DNA from: a virus
Reading direction: 5' to 3' (one strand)
IMG/VR virus record: IMGVR_UViG_3300025030_000064
Location: 1 to 64,000 of that record
DNA length: 64,000 nucleotides
Made by a program: the position numbers and the translations under genes. The first letter of the stretch is position 1. Each line of letters begins with the position of its first letter. Shown in pieces: positions 26,441 through 36,900 of this stretch. The notes below the pieces were generated by a model. That model saw only the letters and a program-made list of their open reading frames with translations, was not told the origin of the DNA and did no database searches.

Positions 26441-27133
26441 ATGGGAGGATATAGATATAGAATGAATATGACAACAGGTAAACTAGATTTAGTTCGTGGG
26501 TTGTCTGGTGCGAGTACTTCTCCTGTAAGTGCTATAGATATATTTAAGCCAATAGCAATAGGAGATAATACCATTACTCATTCTGCTAATGCAAGAATGA
26601 GAACAATAGAAGTATATTCTCTTAATATGACAAATCTATTTACTTTAGCAAATGAATTAAAAACAGATTATAATTTACATATAGCAGATGCAGCACAACA
26701 TACATCTGGTGTCGATGGAGTAAATGTAGTTACTGCGGCAGATGCTATAGATTGGGATACATTATATACTTTAACAAATGATTTATTAACTCAATATACA
26801 GTACATAATGCAGATGCTGAATTAGGAATAGGATGGGTTTATCATGCAGGTACTAATACGGCTGATTATAGTTGTACTACTTCTCCTGTAGCAAATACTA
26901 ATACAGCAGTAGTAGCAGCGTTAAATGATTTAAAAAATGTATATAACCTTCATGATAATGATGGAACAAGTCATGGCATAACAGGAAGTCATCAAATAGT
27001 AGCAAGTGATGGCGAATCTGTATGGGAAATGAATACTATGTATGCACCAAAAGAAGATGCTACAGATCTATTAAATAATGTCATAATACCTGCTTTGGCT
27101 ATAGACTTTGTAAAAGTAACAGTGTATTTTTAA
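26441..27133 (+). CDS. Structural protein with three His-containing helical repeats (start reassigned from 26387)
   Basis: LANELKTDYNLH, LTNDLLTQYTVH, ALNDLKNVYNLH; the ATG at 26441 avoids overlap with the upstream gene. Confidence 0.7.
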   Translation: MGGYRYRMNMTTGKLDLVRGLSGASTSPVSAIDIFKPIAIGDNTITHSANARMRTIEVYSLNMTNLFTLANELKTDYNLHIADAAQHTSGVDGVNVVTAADAIDWDTLYTLTNDLLTQYTVHNADAELGIGWVYHAGTNTADYSCTTSPVANTNTAVVAALNDLKNVYNLHDNDGTSHGITGSHQIVASDGESVWEMNTMYAPKEDATDLLNNVIIPALAIDFVKVTVYF

Positions 27134-27143
27134 AAAAGAAACA

Positions 27144-28679
27144 ATGAAAAAAATATTATTAATAATAACAGTTTGTTTAATAGGATTAAGTTCTTATGGA
27201 CAATCATGGGTAAAAATAAGTTATACTCCTAAGTTCATGGGACAGACATGGACATTAGGTAATGCTCTTTTTTCCGACTTTGTAAGAAACTCAGATACAA
27301 CAGGAATAAGTGTAGCTACAGACAGTGCCAATATTTTCGTAAGAGGCAACTCTTTCGTAATGGAGAAAAATAGTATTTCAAATGCTTCAGGATCTAAAAT
27401 TTCTTTGTCGGAATCAGGTGTTTTTGGTTCTACACAAATAGGAACAAAATCTAATTATATTCTTATCGAGGAAGGTGCTGTAAATCCTATTCAGTTCACA
27501 GGGAATGCATTGTTTAATGACCCGGTTACAATGTCAGGGGGCTTTATTATGGGTAATGATACGGTAACTAACATTATCCCATTAGATTCTGCTACTGGCA
27601 ATATTGCTAATGGTACAACTTTTTTAGATTCTATTTTTTCAAGTAGATTTATCGGTAAAAGAATTGGATTAAATTCTTTAACAACGAATAGTAAATTGGA
27701 TGTGTTTGGCTCTTATTCTTTAGGAAAAGACATGTTTGTATTTTGTGATAAAAGTTCTAATTTAAACACAACTACTTTTGCAGAATCTATTGACAGTTCT
27801 GCCTTTAGCTTGACTTTTTCGCCATTAGGAAAGCCAGATTTATTATTAAAAGGAAAATCACCAACAGCAGCAAGCCAGACTAATAACATATTTCACATAG
27901 ATACTCTTGGGAATTTCGTATTTAGCATACAAAGTTCTAATATCGGAAATAAATACGTGTTTAATAATTTAAGTGCTGGGTATTTTTATAACTATTCTGC
28001 TAGTACTGGGTATATATTCTCGAATAATTATATTGCAGGAGTGGGAGGTAGAATAATTTTAGCGCAAAATACAGGTCTTGCGATGGCAGACAATAGAAGA
28101 TTAGGAAGTGTTGAGGGTGGAGGAAGTTATACAACTGGAAATGATAAAGGAACGCCGTCTGCATATATATGCTTTACAACAGAGGGTACTTGGTCTTCAA
28201 CAACCGACAGAGGAAGCAGATTTGAAACATGGACTTGCCCCGATGGACATGGAACCGTAACGCAAAGGGTAAATATTGCAGGAGGGAAAAAACTTTCCGA
28301 CAATACACCTACAAGTTTATTTACTTTTGCTCCAGTAGGGGCTACTGTTAATAGTTCTAAAGTAGACACAACAATAAGCATGAAGATTGATTTTTCTTAT
28401 ATCACTTCTGACGGCACAGATTCGCAGGTAGAGAATGGAATAATCTTTATTCAGGGCTATGTGAAGGACGGTGCTGGAACAACGAATATAACAGTAAGCC
28501 CTACGGCTCAAAGCGTATCAACTGGAACATTAGCCATAATAACACCGACAAGCGCATGGAATAATAGTTCTAAAGTATTCACTATTGCAATAGGATGGGA
28601 TAGTTCTTTAAATCAAACCGGAATGGCAAATTACGAGATTCATAATTACGGCTACGGAACAATAACACACGTACCATAA
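27144..28679 (+). CDS. Fibre-like beta-rich protein with a Sec signal peptide
   Basis: MKKILLIITVCLIGLSSYG|QSW; RIGLNSLTTNSKLDV and GTWSSTTDRGSRFETWT fibre-like motifs. Confidence 0.7.
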   Translation: MKKILLIITVCLIGLSSYGQSWVKISYTPKFMGQTWTLGNALFSDFVRNSDTTGISVATDSANIFVRGNSFVMEKNSISNASGSKISLSESGVFGSTQIGTKSNYILIEEGAVNPIQFTGNALFNDPVTMSGGFIMGNDTVTNIIPLDSATGNIANGTTFLDSIFSSRFIGKRIGLNSLTTNSKLDVFGSYSLGKDMFVFCDKSSNLNTTTFAESIDSSAFSLTFSPLGKPDLLLKGKSPTAASQTNNIFHIDTLGNFVFSIQSSNIGNKYVFNNLSAGYFYNYSASTGYIFSNNYIAGVGGRIILAQNTGLAMADNRRLGSVEGGGSYTTGNDKGTPSAYICFTTEGTWSSTTDRGSRFETWTCPDGHGTVTQRVNIAGGKKLSDNTPTSLFTFAPVGATVNSSKVDTTISMKIDFSYITSDGTDSQVENGIIFIQGYVKDGAGTTNITVSPTAQSVSTGTLAIITPTSAWNNSSKVFTIAIGWDSSLNQTGMANYEIHNYGYGTITHVP

Positions 28680-29575
28680 TGAAGTATTTATTAATAATAT
28701 TATTTTCATTTAGTATTTGTTACGGACAATCTATTAGTCATTCAAATATTCCATTAGCATCTAATATTGTTCTGGTAATTATTGTTGACGGTCAAAGTAA
28801 TGCAGAAGGCATATTCGCACCCAAGGGACAGGGGTTATATTATACGTCTACGTATATGAAATATACCTGCGACTCTATACTTGTTAATTGGGAAGGTGAT
28901 TATTTAACATCTGACACGAATACTATTGATTTTATTCCAATGGTTGTTAATACCAATACAACATGTGTTCTTTATTCTGATCCTGCAAACGATAATTATA
29001 ATGCCGGCAATTGGGGGGTAGAGCAAACAGCTTCAAGAAATTTGCAACAATTTTTAGGCAGAAAAGTTTATGTCATAAGAAATGGAATAGGTTCATTAGA
29101 TATTGTTAGATGGAATAGCCCTAATGGCACTCAATGGATAGCTTTAAAACGAAAGATAAACCATGCGATTTCAGATATTGAAGGACAAGGAAAGGTTCCT
29201 ATGTTTGTTAGCATGGCTTGGTTGCAGGGAGAATCTGACATAGTTTTGCATTATGCTTATTTATATGAGAATAAATTAAGAACATTAATTTCTAATATTA
29301 GGGCAATAAGTCCATATACTTCCAGTATGCAATTTTGCATGTTTAAATTATCTGCACCATACAATTCTCCCCCTGATTCAATGGCAGTAATTAACAATGC
29401 ATTCACTACATTAGCCGCAGAGAATCCGACATTAAACAAAGTAATTGAAACATCGGATGAGGTTATTTATGCAGGAGCGCACTATTCAATGTACGCACAA
29501 TTACACATGGGACAGAAGTGGTTTAATGAATTTATAGGAATTGTAAATAGGAAAAAATACGAATTTATTAAATGA
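28679..29575 (+). CDS. SASA-family (SGNH) carbohydrate/sialate O-acetylesterase with signal peptide
   Basis: GQSNAEG, WLQGESD, late His (AHY); MKYLLIILFSFSICYG|Q. Confidence 0.85.
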   Translation: MKYLLIILFSFSICYGQSISHSNIPLASNIVLVIIVDGQSNAEGIFAPKGQGLYYTSTYMKYTCDSILVNWEGDYLTSDTNTIDFIPMVVNTNTTCVLYSDPANDNYNAGNWGVEQTASRNLQQFLGRKVYVIRNGIGSLDIVRWNSPNGTQWIALKRKINHAISDIEGQGKVPMFVSMAWLQGESDIVLHYAYLYENKLRTLISNIRAISPYTSSMQFCMFKLSAPYNSPPDSMAVINNAFTTLAAENPTLNKVIETSDEVIYAGAHYSMYAQLHMGQKWFNEFIGIVNRKKYEFIK

Positions 29576-29613
29576 CCTTTACTCAAATACAAAACATAAA
29601 ATAGAATGATGAA

Positions 29614-30174
29614 ATGGCAAAAACAGACACTATAAATAGTAAAAGAAATTTACTGGATCTTTTAAAAAATAAAAAGACCTGGAAAACAATATTTATAAGT
29701 TTAACAAGTGCTTTACTCGTTGCTTTTTTTATATATATTGCACCTTCTTCGTTAACGTTCGTTAAAAATATTTTTACTATAAATAACTTGGTTAATGAAG
29801 TTGATTCATTAAAAACAAAAATAAGTGGTAAAGCGACATTAGATTTTGTGAAAACACAAGTTGATTTTACTTTAAAACATCAAGAAGATATTAATCAGAC
29901 CATGTGGAAAGTAAGAGATGAAGATAGACAAGCAGATAAACTAGAACGAGAAATGAATAAAAAAGAACACTTGTTAATTCTTTCAGCGTTAAGTAAGGTA
30001 TTAAAGGCAACCGATAAAGATAGATTATTTGAAGAATGGCTTAAACGTCAAGGTTCTGAAAAAATGTCTAAACCTTTTATAATAGAAGATAATTTACTGC
30101 AATGTGATACCTTAGTAAAAGTAGATTCAAATGTAGTTTTATTAAATAGTAATTTAATCTTAAATAATAATTAA
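29614..30174 (+). CDS. Membrane-anchored coiled-coil protein (lysis region)
   Basis: One hydrophobic segment IFISLTSALLVAFFIYIA, then coiled coil. Confidence 0.65.
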   Translation: MAKTDTINSKRNLLDLLKNKKTWKTIFISLTSALLVAFFIYIAPSSLTFVKNIFTINNLVNEVDSLKTKISGKATLDFVKTQVDFTLKHQEDINQTMWKVRDEDRQADKLEREMNKKEHLLILSALSKVLKATDKDRLFEEWLKRQGSEKMSKPFIIEDNLLQCDTLVKVDSNVVLLNSNLILNNN

Positions 30175-30175
30175 T

Positions 30176-30475
30176 ATGATACCAATTATTAACCTAGTAA
30201 GAGAACTCTTAATTAGAATTAAACTTAAAAGTCCTAAATTATTTATTCAGATCCAATGGTGGTCCGGTGCTATAGGTACTATTATCACAGCAACCTTATT
30301 ACTTAACTCAACATTTGATTGGGAATTTGAATTGATAGGCATTTTAAACATACCTTTTACAACTATTCTTTCAGGCATAGTAACATTCTTAGGTGGGTTA
30401 TTTGTAACGGCTAATCTAACCGTACAGGATACTAAAAGACTTGAAACTAAGTTAGACGAGAAGAGAAATGTTTAA
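30176..30475 (+). CDS. Putative holin
   Basis: 99 aa, two hydrophobic segments, charged C-tail, overlaps the endolysin start. Confidence 0.65.
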   Translation: MIPIINLVRELLIRIKLKSPKLFIQIQWWSGAIGTIITATLLLNSTFDWEFELIGILNIPFTTILSGIVTFLGGLFVTANLTVQDTKRLETKLDEKRNV

Positions 30476-31049
30476 CTATTCACAGATAGAATCAGTCTTA
30501 AAAGAAAAGGAATACTCACTTGATAAACGAGTGGGTTATCCTAATTTTATAGGAGTACGTTTCTTTTCTAAGATGAATGCTTTCGATGATGAGTTGTATA
30601 TCATTACCTATGGTACTAAGACAAATGATTCAGAAAACAATATAACCATGTCTATTTATCCTTTCTCTACTGATCCGGGACTATATGCATTACATCATCC
30701 TATCAATGCTAAGGGAACATTTATAATGGCACCAGGTTATTATAAAGACCTTTGGACATTTGGACTACATAAAGGAAAGTATAAAGCATTTGTTCAGCTT
30801 AATCCATGTACAGGATATAGGGATAATAATAAAGATGACAAGTATGACTTGTTACCTAAGACATTAACTACAGGTATTAATGGTATCAATATGCATAAAT
30901 CAGGTATTGATTCAGTGACAGTCGACAACTACAGTTACGGCTGCCAAATTTTCAAGAAGAGTCCAGATTTTGCTAAAGTATTAAAGCAAGCAGAACAGTC
31001 AGGTTATACTAAATTCAATTACATCTTAATAAATTCTTATGAAATATAG
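30468..31049 (+). CDS. Putative endolysin, YkuD/L,D-peptidase-like
   Basis: STDPG and GINMH...VDNYSYGCQ (His...SxGC catalytic motif). Confidence 0.75.
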   Translation: MFNYSQIESVLKEKEYSLDKRVGYPNFIGVRFFSKMNAFDDELYIITYGTKTNDSENNITMSIYPFSTDPGLYALHHPINAKGTFIMAPGYYKDLWTFGLHKGKYKAFVQLNPCTGYRDNNKDDKYDLLPKTLTTGINGINMHKSGIDSVTVDNYSYGCQIFKKSPDFAKVLKQAEQSGYTKFNYILINSYEI

Positions 31050-31560
31050 CATCATTATATTACTCGTAATACTTCTATCAGGTTGTGATATCCTTAAGAG
31101 TCATAGTAAGTATATACTTGAACATGCTGATGAGATACGATTGACCTTGTGCGATAAAGCTATTGATACTACTTCTCATGTTTCTATTATTGATACAGTT
31201 TATGAAATAGTTCAATCTGAAATGCAAGAAGTAGATAGTATGACTTTAATGTTATTTCTTTATTGTGATAGTAATAATCAAGTAATGATTAAAAATAGTG
31301 AATTGCTTCAATCTAAAAATGGAAAATTACTTTACGAACTGAATAAAAACAAGTTGTTGATAAGGTCATTACACGATAGTATAGAAGTTAAAGATAAGAT
31401 AATTTACAATACAAAAACCAAAACAATAACTAATACTATTGCGGTTCCTATTTGGACTAAAGGAGATACTGAGTATAAAATATGGTGGTGGGAATATATA
31501 GTATGGACATTGTCTGGAATAATTATTATATATTTATTCATTAAAAAAAGGTTTATATAA
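31039..31560 (+). CDS. Putative unimolecular spanin
   Basis: Lipobox LLSG|C at the N-terminus and C-terminal TM IVWTLSGIIIIYLFI-KKR; directly after the endolysin. Confidence 0.7.
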   Translation: MKYSIIILLVILLSGCDILKSHSKYILEHADEIRLTLCDKAIDTTSHVSIIDTVYEIVQSEMQEVDSMTLMLFLYCDSNNQVMIKNSELLQSKNGKLLYELNKNKLLIRSLHDSIEVKDKIIYNTKTKTITNTIAVPIWTKGDTEYKIWWWEYIVWTLSGIIIIYLFIKKRFI

Positions 31561-32259
31561 ATGGCTACTTACGATAAGATAGTTTTTGATCTCATGAACA
31601 TTAAAAGAGGGCAACTTTCTGATGATGATATAGGAGATGAAAGACAATATGAATTTTGGTTAAATAATACCAGAGCATTACTTATCAGACAAGATAATAA
31701 TAAAGGACGTTCTCTTACAGAAAATATTATTCAGGATTTAGGATGTGTAGAAATAGAAACTGCAGACGTGGCAGAATGTTGTGATATGGAATATGGTTGT
31801 ATGATAAAAAGGACTAAGTTACAATTACCAAGACCAATCGAATTATCACAACAAGATGCTATACTAAGAGTAGGAACAATTGATAAGACTTCAAAAGCAT
31901 TTACATTTGTTCCATACGAACAATTTATTTTTTCTGGGAATGGAAGATTTAATAAGTATATTATATTTGTTACATATAGAAATGGAAGATTATATTTATC
32001 ATCGTCAAATAACCTTACTTTAAAAGGAATGAAATGGATTAACGTAAGAGGTATATTTGAAGATCCAAGATCAGTAAAAGATTTTACAAGATGTGATGGC
32101 ACTCCATGTTATACCGGAGATAGCGAATATCCTATGTCTAATTGGATGATAGAAGTAGTAAAAAAAATGATTCTTGATACAAATATTAAAACTATGTTAA
32201 CAATACCTGCAGATACAACTAATGATGCTTCTGGAGATCCACAAACACAAGTAAAATAA
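31561..32259 (+). CDS. Ring/tail structural protein
   Basis: WLNNTRALLIRQ, VRGIFEDP, DSEYPM motifs of crAss-like ring proteins. Confidence 0.75.
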   Translation: MATYDKIVFDLMNIKRGQLSDDDIGDERQYEFWLNNTRALLIRQDNNKGRSLTENIIQDLGCVEIETADVAECCDMEYGCMIKRTKLQLPRPIELSQQDAILRVGTIDKTSKAFTFVPYEQFIFSGNGRFNKYIIFVTYRNGRLYLSSSNNLTLKGMKWINVRGIFEDPRSVKDFTRCDGTPCYTGDSEYPMSNWMIEVVKKMILDTNIKTMLTIPADTTNDASGDPQTQVK

Positions 32260-32260
32260 T

Positions 32261-32917
32261 ATGAGAGTAGCACACATAATACATGCTGGCATAAATGCTC
32301 AATATAATTATTATATACGTTCATTAACAGATAAGCAGAAAGAGTTATTGTGTAAAAAGGATGAGAATGGAGATAGTCAATTATTCTATTATCTATTTTC
32401 AAGAAAAGAATATTCTGATATTGTAAAAGTATTAAATGAGAATATAGGAGAAAAGATTACACAGGGAAACAAAATGAATCTTGGCAGATGTGGAGATATA
32501 TATATTGCAGGAGCAAGAAGAAATGTAGAGGTTAATAAAGATGGTAAATTCATTAAGAAATGTATGGGGGTTAACTGGAAGGAAAGTATAGAATTATGGA
32601 AAGAGTTATATCCAGATGTAGAACAGAAGATGAAGAAAGGTGCAAATATATCATATAAACATATAAAAGCAAAGCCTAAAGTATATTATGATAATAAGTA
32701 CCAGTATAAACTTATTTGGAACAAAGGAAGATCAAAGTTAAAACCTACAGGCCAACCATATTTCAATATGTTTACTAATGATAACTTTAAGAAAAGAATA
32801 ACTAAAGCTATAGGAGACACTGAAGGAACTCAGGTAGCTGCTGTAATTTATGATATTAAAGATTATCGTAATAAAAGGTTAAATGATATAGTAAAGCACA
32901 TGTATAAAATCGATTAA
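32261..32917 (+). CDS. IHF/HU-like conserved crAss-like protein
   Basis: MNLGRCGDIYI...VNWKESIELW...PKVYY; position before the tail tube gene. Confidence 0.65.
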   Translation: MRVAHIIHAGINAQYNYYIRSLTDKQKELLCKKDENGDSQLFYYLFSRKEYSDIVKVLNENIGEKITQGNKMNLGRCGDIYIAGARRNVEVNKDGKFIKKCMGVNWKESIELWKELYPDVEQKMKKGANISYKHIKAKPKVYYDNKYQYKLIWNKGRSKLKPTGQPYFNMFTNDNFKKRITKAIGDTEGTQVAAVIYDIKDYRNKRLNDIVKHMYKID

Positions 32918-32918
32918 T

Positions 32919-33215
32919 ATGTATATAGAAAGTTCGATATTCTCAGCAACAGAATCTTCTACTGAAAATGGAGTTAAGACAACCATAGAAGTAGTAAAGA
33001 TTGAAAATGGTTATATCAATAAGGTAGAGAAAAGAAATGTATCTACAACAGGAGAATACCTTTCTTCTGAAAAAGAAGAACGCTCAGAGAAGATATATTA
33101 TTCTAAAGAGAATATATTAACTAAAGATAAGGAAGATGATCTTGATGAAACAAACGAAGAACCTAAGAAAGAAAGCATGAGTTTAGCTATAACTAAACTA
33201 TTAAATAGAGAATAA
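32919..33215 (+). CDS. Hypothetical protein
   Basis: 98-aa ORF; IEVVKIENGY. Confidence 0.7.
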   Translation: MYIESSIFSATESSTENGVKTTIEVVKIENGYINKVEKRNVSTTGEYLSSEKEERSEKIYYSKENILTKDKEDDLDETNEEPKKESMSLAITKLLNRE

Positions 33216-33216
33216 G

Positions 33217-33945
33217 ATGTTAAACGGAAAATATGTATCATATAAGCGTATTATCGAAAAGCTATTTCAGAAGTATGGTTTTAAAGATAAAGTAGAGTGG
33301 TCAGTCATTCTTGAATGGATTGGTGACGGTATGGATCTGATAGGTGCAAATGATACTTATATTAATAAGGTGACAGGAATGGACCCTTTAACTCCTACGA
33401 TTAAGATAGTCGATTATAGAGGTGATCTTCCTTGTGACATATACAAATGTATTCAGGTAAGAGAATACTGTTCTAAGATACCTATGAGATATTCTACAGA
33501 TAGTTTTCATAGGACAAATAATAGTGAACGTAATCCAAACCCTAACTCCAATCCAGACTATACATATCAATTAACCGATAGTCATATCTTCACTAACTTT
33601 TCAGAAGGTGAAGTAGAGATGAGTTATACAGCTTTCCCAATAGATGAGCAAGGTTATCCTATGATTCCAGATGATGTGAAGTTTATAAGAGCCATGGTAG
33701 ATTACATAGCCTCTCAATTATCTATTAAGTTATGGATTGAAGGTTCTATAGATGATAAGAAGTTCCAATGGATACAACAAGAGAGTGGGTTCAGTACAGG
33801 TGCAGCACATACAAGGGCATCATTACAGAATCTCGATCAGGCAGAATCATTTAAGAATGCAATACTAAGACTTGTTCCTACAATAAATCAGCATGGTGAT
33901 GGTTTTGTTTATTTAGGACAGGCAGAAGAAAGACCTATATTATAA
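33217..33945 (+). CDS. Tail tubular / ring protein
   Basis: YRGDLPCD, HIFTNFSEGEVEMSY, IDEQGYPMIPDD. Confidence 0.85.
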   Translation: MLNGKYVSYKRIIEKLFQKYGFKDKVEWSVILEWIGDGMDLIGANDTYINKVTGMDPLTPTIKIVDYRGDLPCDIYKCIQVREYCSKIPMRYSTDSFHRTNNSERNPNPNSNPDYTYQLTDSHIFTNFSEGEVEMSYTAFPIDEQGYPMIPDDVKFIRAMVDYIASQLSIKLWIEGSIDDKKFQWIQQESGFSTGAAHTRASLQNLDQAESFKNAILRLVPTINQHGDGFVYLGQAEERPIL

Positions 33946-36900
33946 TGAAAGTTAAGAATAGTTATTTAGGTGGACTAAATCAAGATATTTCAAAACAGTT
34001 ATATCCTAATAATAAAATATATGATTGCTTTGATTATAGGGTATTAACAGATGAAGGATTATCTACTGGTGCTTTAGAGAATGTAAAAGGCAACTTATTA
34101 ACTTATGATATTATTTCAAGTGCTTTAACTCAATTAGTAAATTATACTAATGTAGGAATTATAATATCAGATGCCACTAAAGTTATAGGAAGTTGTTTAG
34201 TAAGAGAAGAAAATGTTTTATTTGCCGTTAACGAGACTCCTGATTTAGATTATGCTGGAAGTACAGGAATAGATTATATAATTAAATTATATACAGAATC
34301 AGGAGTAAGAAAATCAAAAGTTATATGGTATTCAAATGCTAATACAGGAAGATTAAATTTTGCATTACAATATCCTATTAATGCTACGGTACCAAGATAT
34401 GAAAATAGCAGTTTAAGAAAAGTATATTTTTCAGATAATTATAATACATTACGTTATCTTAATATAAAGACATTAGAAGCAGATATAGATGCTAATATAA
34501 ATATAAGTACTATTGTATCAACTTTATTTGATATTGTTCCAGTAAGCAATTTAAAAGCACCACGGTTTGTAGAAATCATAACAGGTGGATCAAGAACATC
34601 TGGAATGATAAAGTATTATTATCAAGTTTATACTCCTAATGGTAGTATAAGTAATATTTCTCCTTCTACAGGATTAATACATTTAACAACTTCATCTGAA
34701 CAAATAATAGTCACTCCATGGTCACAAGAATATTATGGTGAAGATCCTGGAGTGGATACTGGAAAAGCAGTAAAGATAAAAATAACAAATGTAAATTCTG
34801 AATTTACGAGAATAAGAATAATATCAGCTCATCAATCTACTTATTTTGATTCTCCTATTATAGAAATAATATATGAAGGAACTATTGCAAATGGTTCAAT
34901 AGAATTTATAGATACTGGGAATACGGTATTGGGAAACTATACTCTTGAAGAACTTGTAGCATTAGAAAAAGGAGAATTTACATGTAAATCACTTACAACT
35001 AAAAATAATTATCTTATTGCTGGAAATATCAAAGAAATGATATTGGATAATGATGATATTAGAAATTTTGATTCTCGTGTATATAGATATGATACTTCTG
35101 GCTATTCACAAGTATATGAAGAAAATGGTGATTATTATAGAATAAATAATGTTGGAGATTGGGATTTTTTTCAATCAGGTATAGTCACGGAATCTTCAAT
35201 TAGTCCTTGGGATTTACCTGTAGATGCTGATTGCATAAATTTTTATAATAATAATGCTAATGATGCTGGAGGTTTATATAGATATTTTTACAAGTCTGAT
35301 GGAGTTACTATAGGAGCATCAGGAAAAAATCTATCATTAGAATTAGGAATTAAACAATTAAAAGAAGCTGAATTATCAGGCCCTTCACAATGGTATGTTA
35401 CACCAGATAATATATCTCATGCACTTAATGGAGTTAATTATATAAACAATTCATATCCTAATTATGCTAGTCCGATGATAAGGGAATTGTTTATGGGATA
35501 TAGACGAGGAGAAGTATATAGGATAGGTATTAGATTTTATGATAGTAAAGGAAGAAAAGGATTTACTAAATGGGTTTGTGATTTTAGAATGCCTTTATGT
35601 GGAGATATTAATTCTACATCAACATATCCAACAGAAGCAGGAACATTAAGATATGATTATCTTCTTACTAATAATTGGAATGGAGATGGATTACCAGATG
35701 AAAATGAATTTAAAGTAAATATTTTACATTTAAAATTATGGGTTGATATAACTAATGTTCCTAATGATTCTTTTGTTCCTTCTCAGAAATGTGGAATAGA
35801 AATAGTAAGAGCAAAAAGGACAGAATTAGATAAAACTATTTTATGTTCTGGATATTTAAATTCTATTTATGAAACTGCAGGATATTCAGATTTTCATGTT
35901 TTTAATAGTTTAATACATATTGACGTTCCAACAGCACAAGGAAGACTTTTAATGGGTAGTTATCCATGGGGAGGAACAAATACTTCACCATACTATCAAT
36001 TTTATTCTCCTGAAGTATCTTACTTTAATAATATAACTTTAAAAGATGATGACAGAATATGGATACAACAACTTTATCAAAAAGGTGTAACAAGTCCATC
36101 AGTTGTGCTTACGGAGTTACAGTGTAGAAAAAGTTTATATTCATCAGACTTACAATATGCTTCTCAATCTGAAAGAACCATTATGGATTCTGTTTATTGT
36201 CCATGGAAAAAAGATAGTCATAGTGCAACTGGAAATACTTTTACTGTATCTGGAAGTTATAGAGGAAATAATTCTAATGGTGGTAATATGTGGGCAGAAG
36301 CAGGAAGTCATATAATTTTAAATTTAGATAATCCTATCTATGCCTATACAGATATTGGAAGTTATGCATATTTAGAAGACAGGGCTATAGCATATGTAGA
36401 TATTAGAAGAAGTCTTCCTAAACAGTATGGAGGTAATAGTTATGACAATAGAAATATAACTCCTTATATAACAACTAATTCTTTGGTAGTTCTTTCTTCA
36501 TCAGGATGGATAGATGTATTTGGAGGAGATACTTTTTTAGGATTATATGAATTCATGTCTTCTATGTGGACGGACGAAGCACACGCAGGAGAAGGTTATA
36601 CTTGTTCAATGATGGGAGTAGTAGAATCATCTATTAACGGAAACATACAAAGTAGTGAATATACTTTTAAAAAAGCAGCTAATGTACTTATTCAGGAAAA
36701 AGCAGGAACGTATTCATGGATAAATTTAAATGGTAGTGCAGTTTCTTATACTCAGGTAGAAGATATCTTTTTATATAACTCAGCCTATTCGAGAGAAAAT
36801 GATACTTTTATTTCATACGAACTTCCTATAGATTTTAATTCGGATGAAAGAAATGATGTTATGGTTAAAATATCCGAAAAAAAATATAATGGAGAATTAT

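Noticed and set aside
19896-29575. Diversity-generating retroelement targeting fibre genes
   Set aside because: No reverse transcriptase and no template/variable repeat pair seen in the window.
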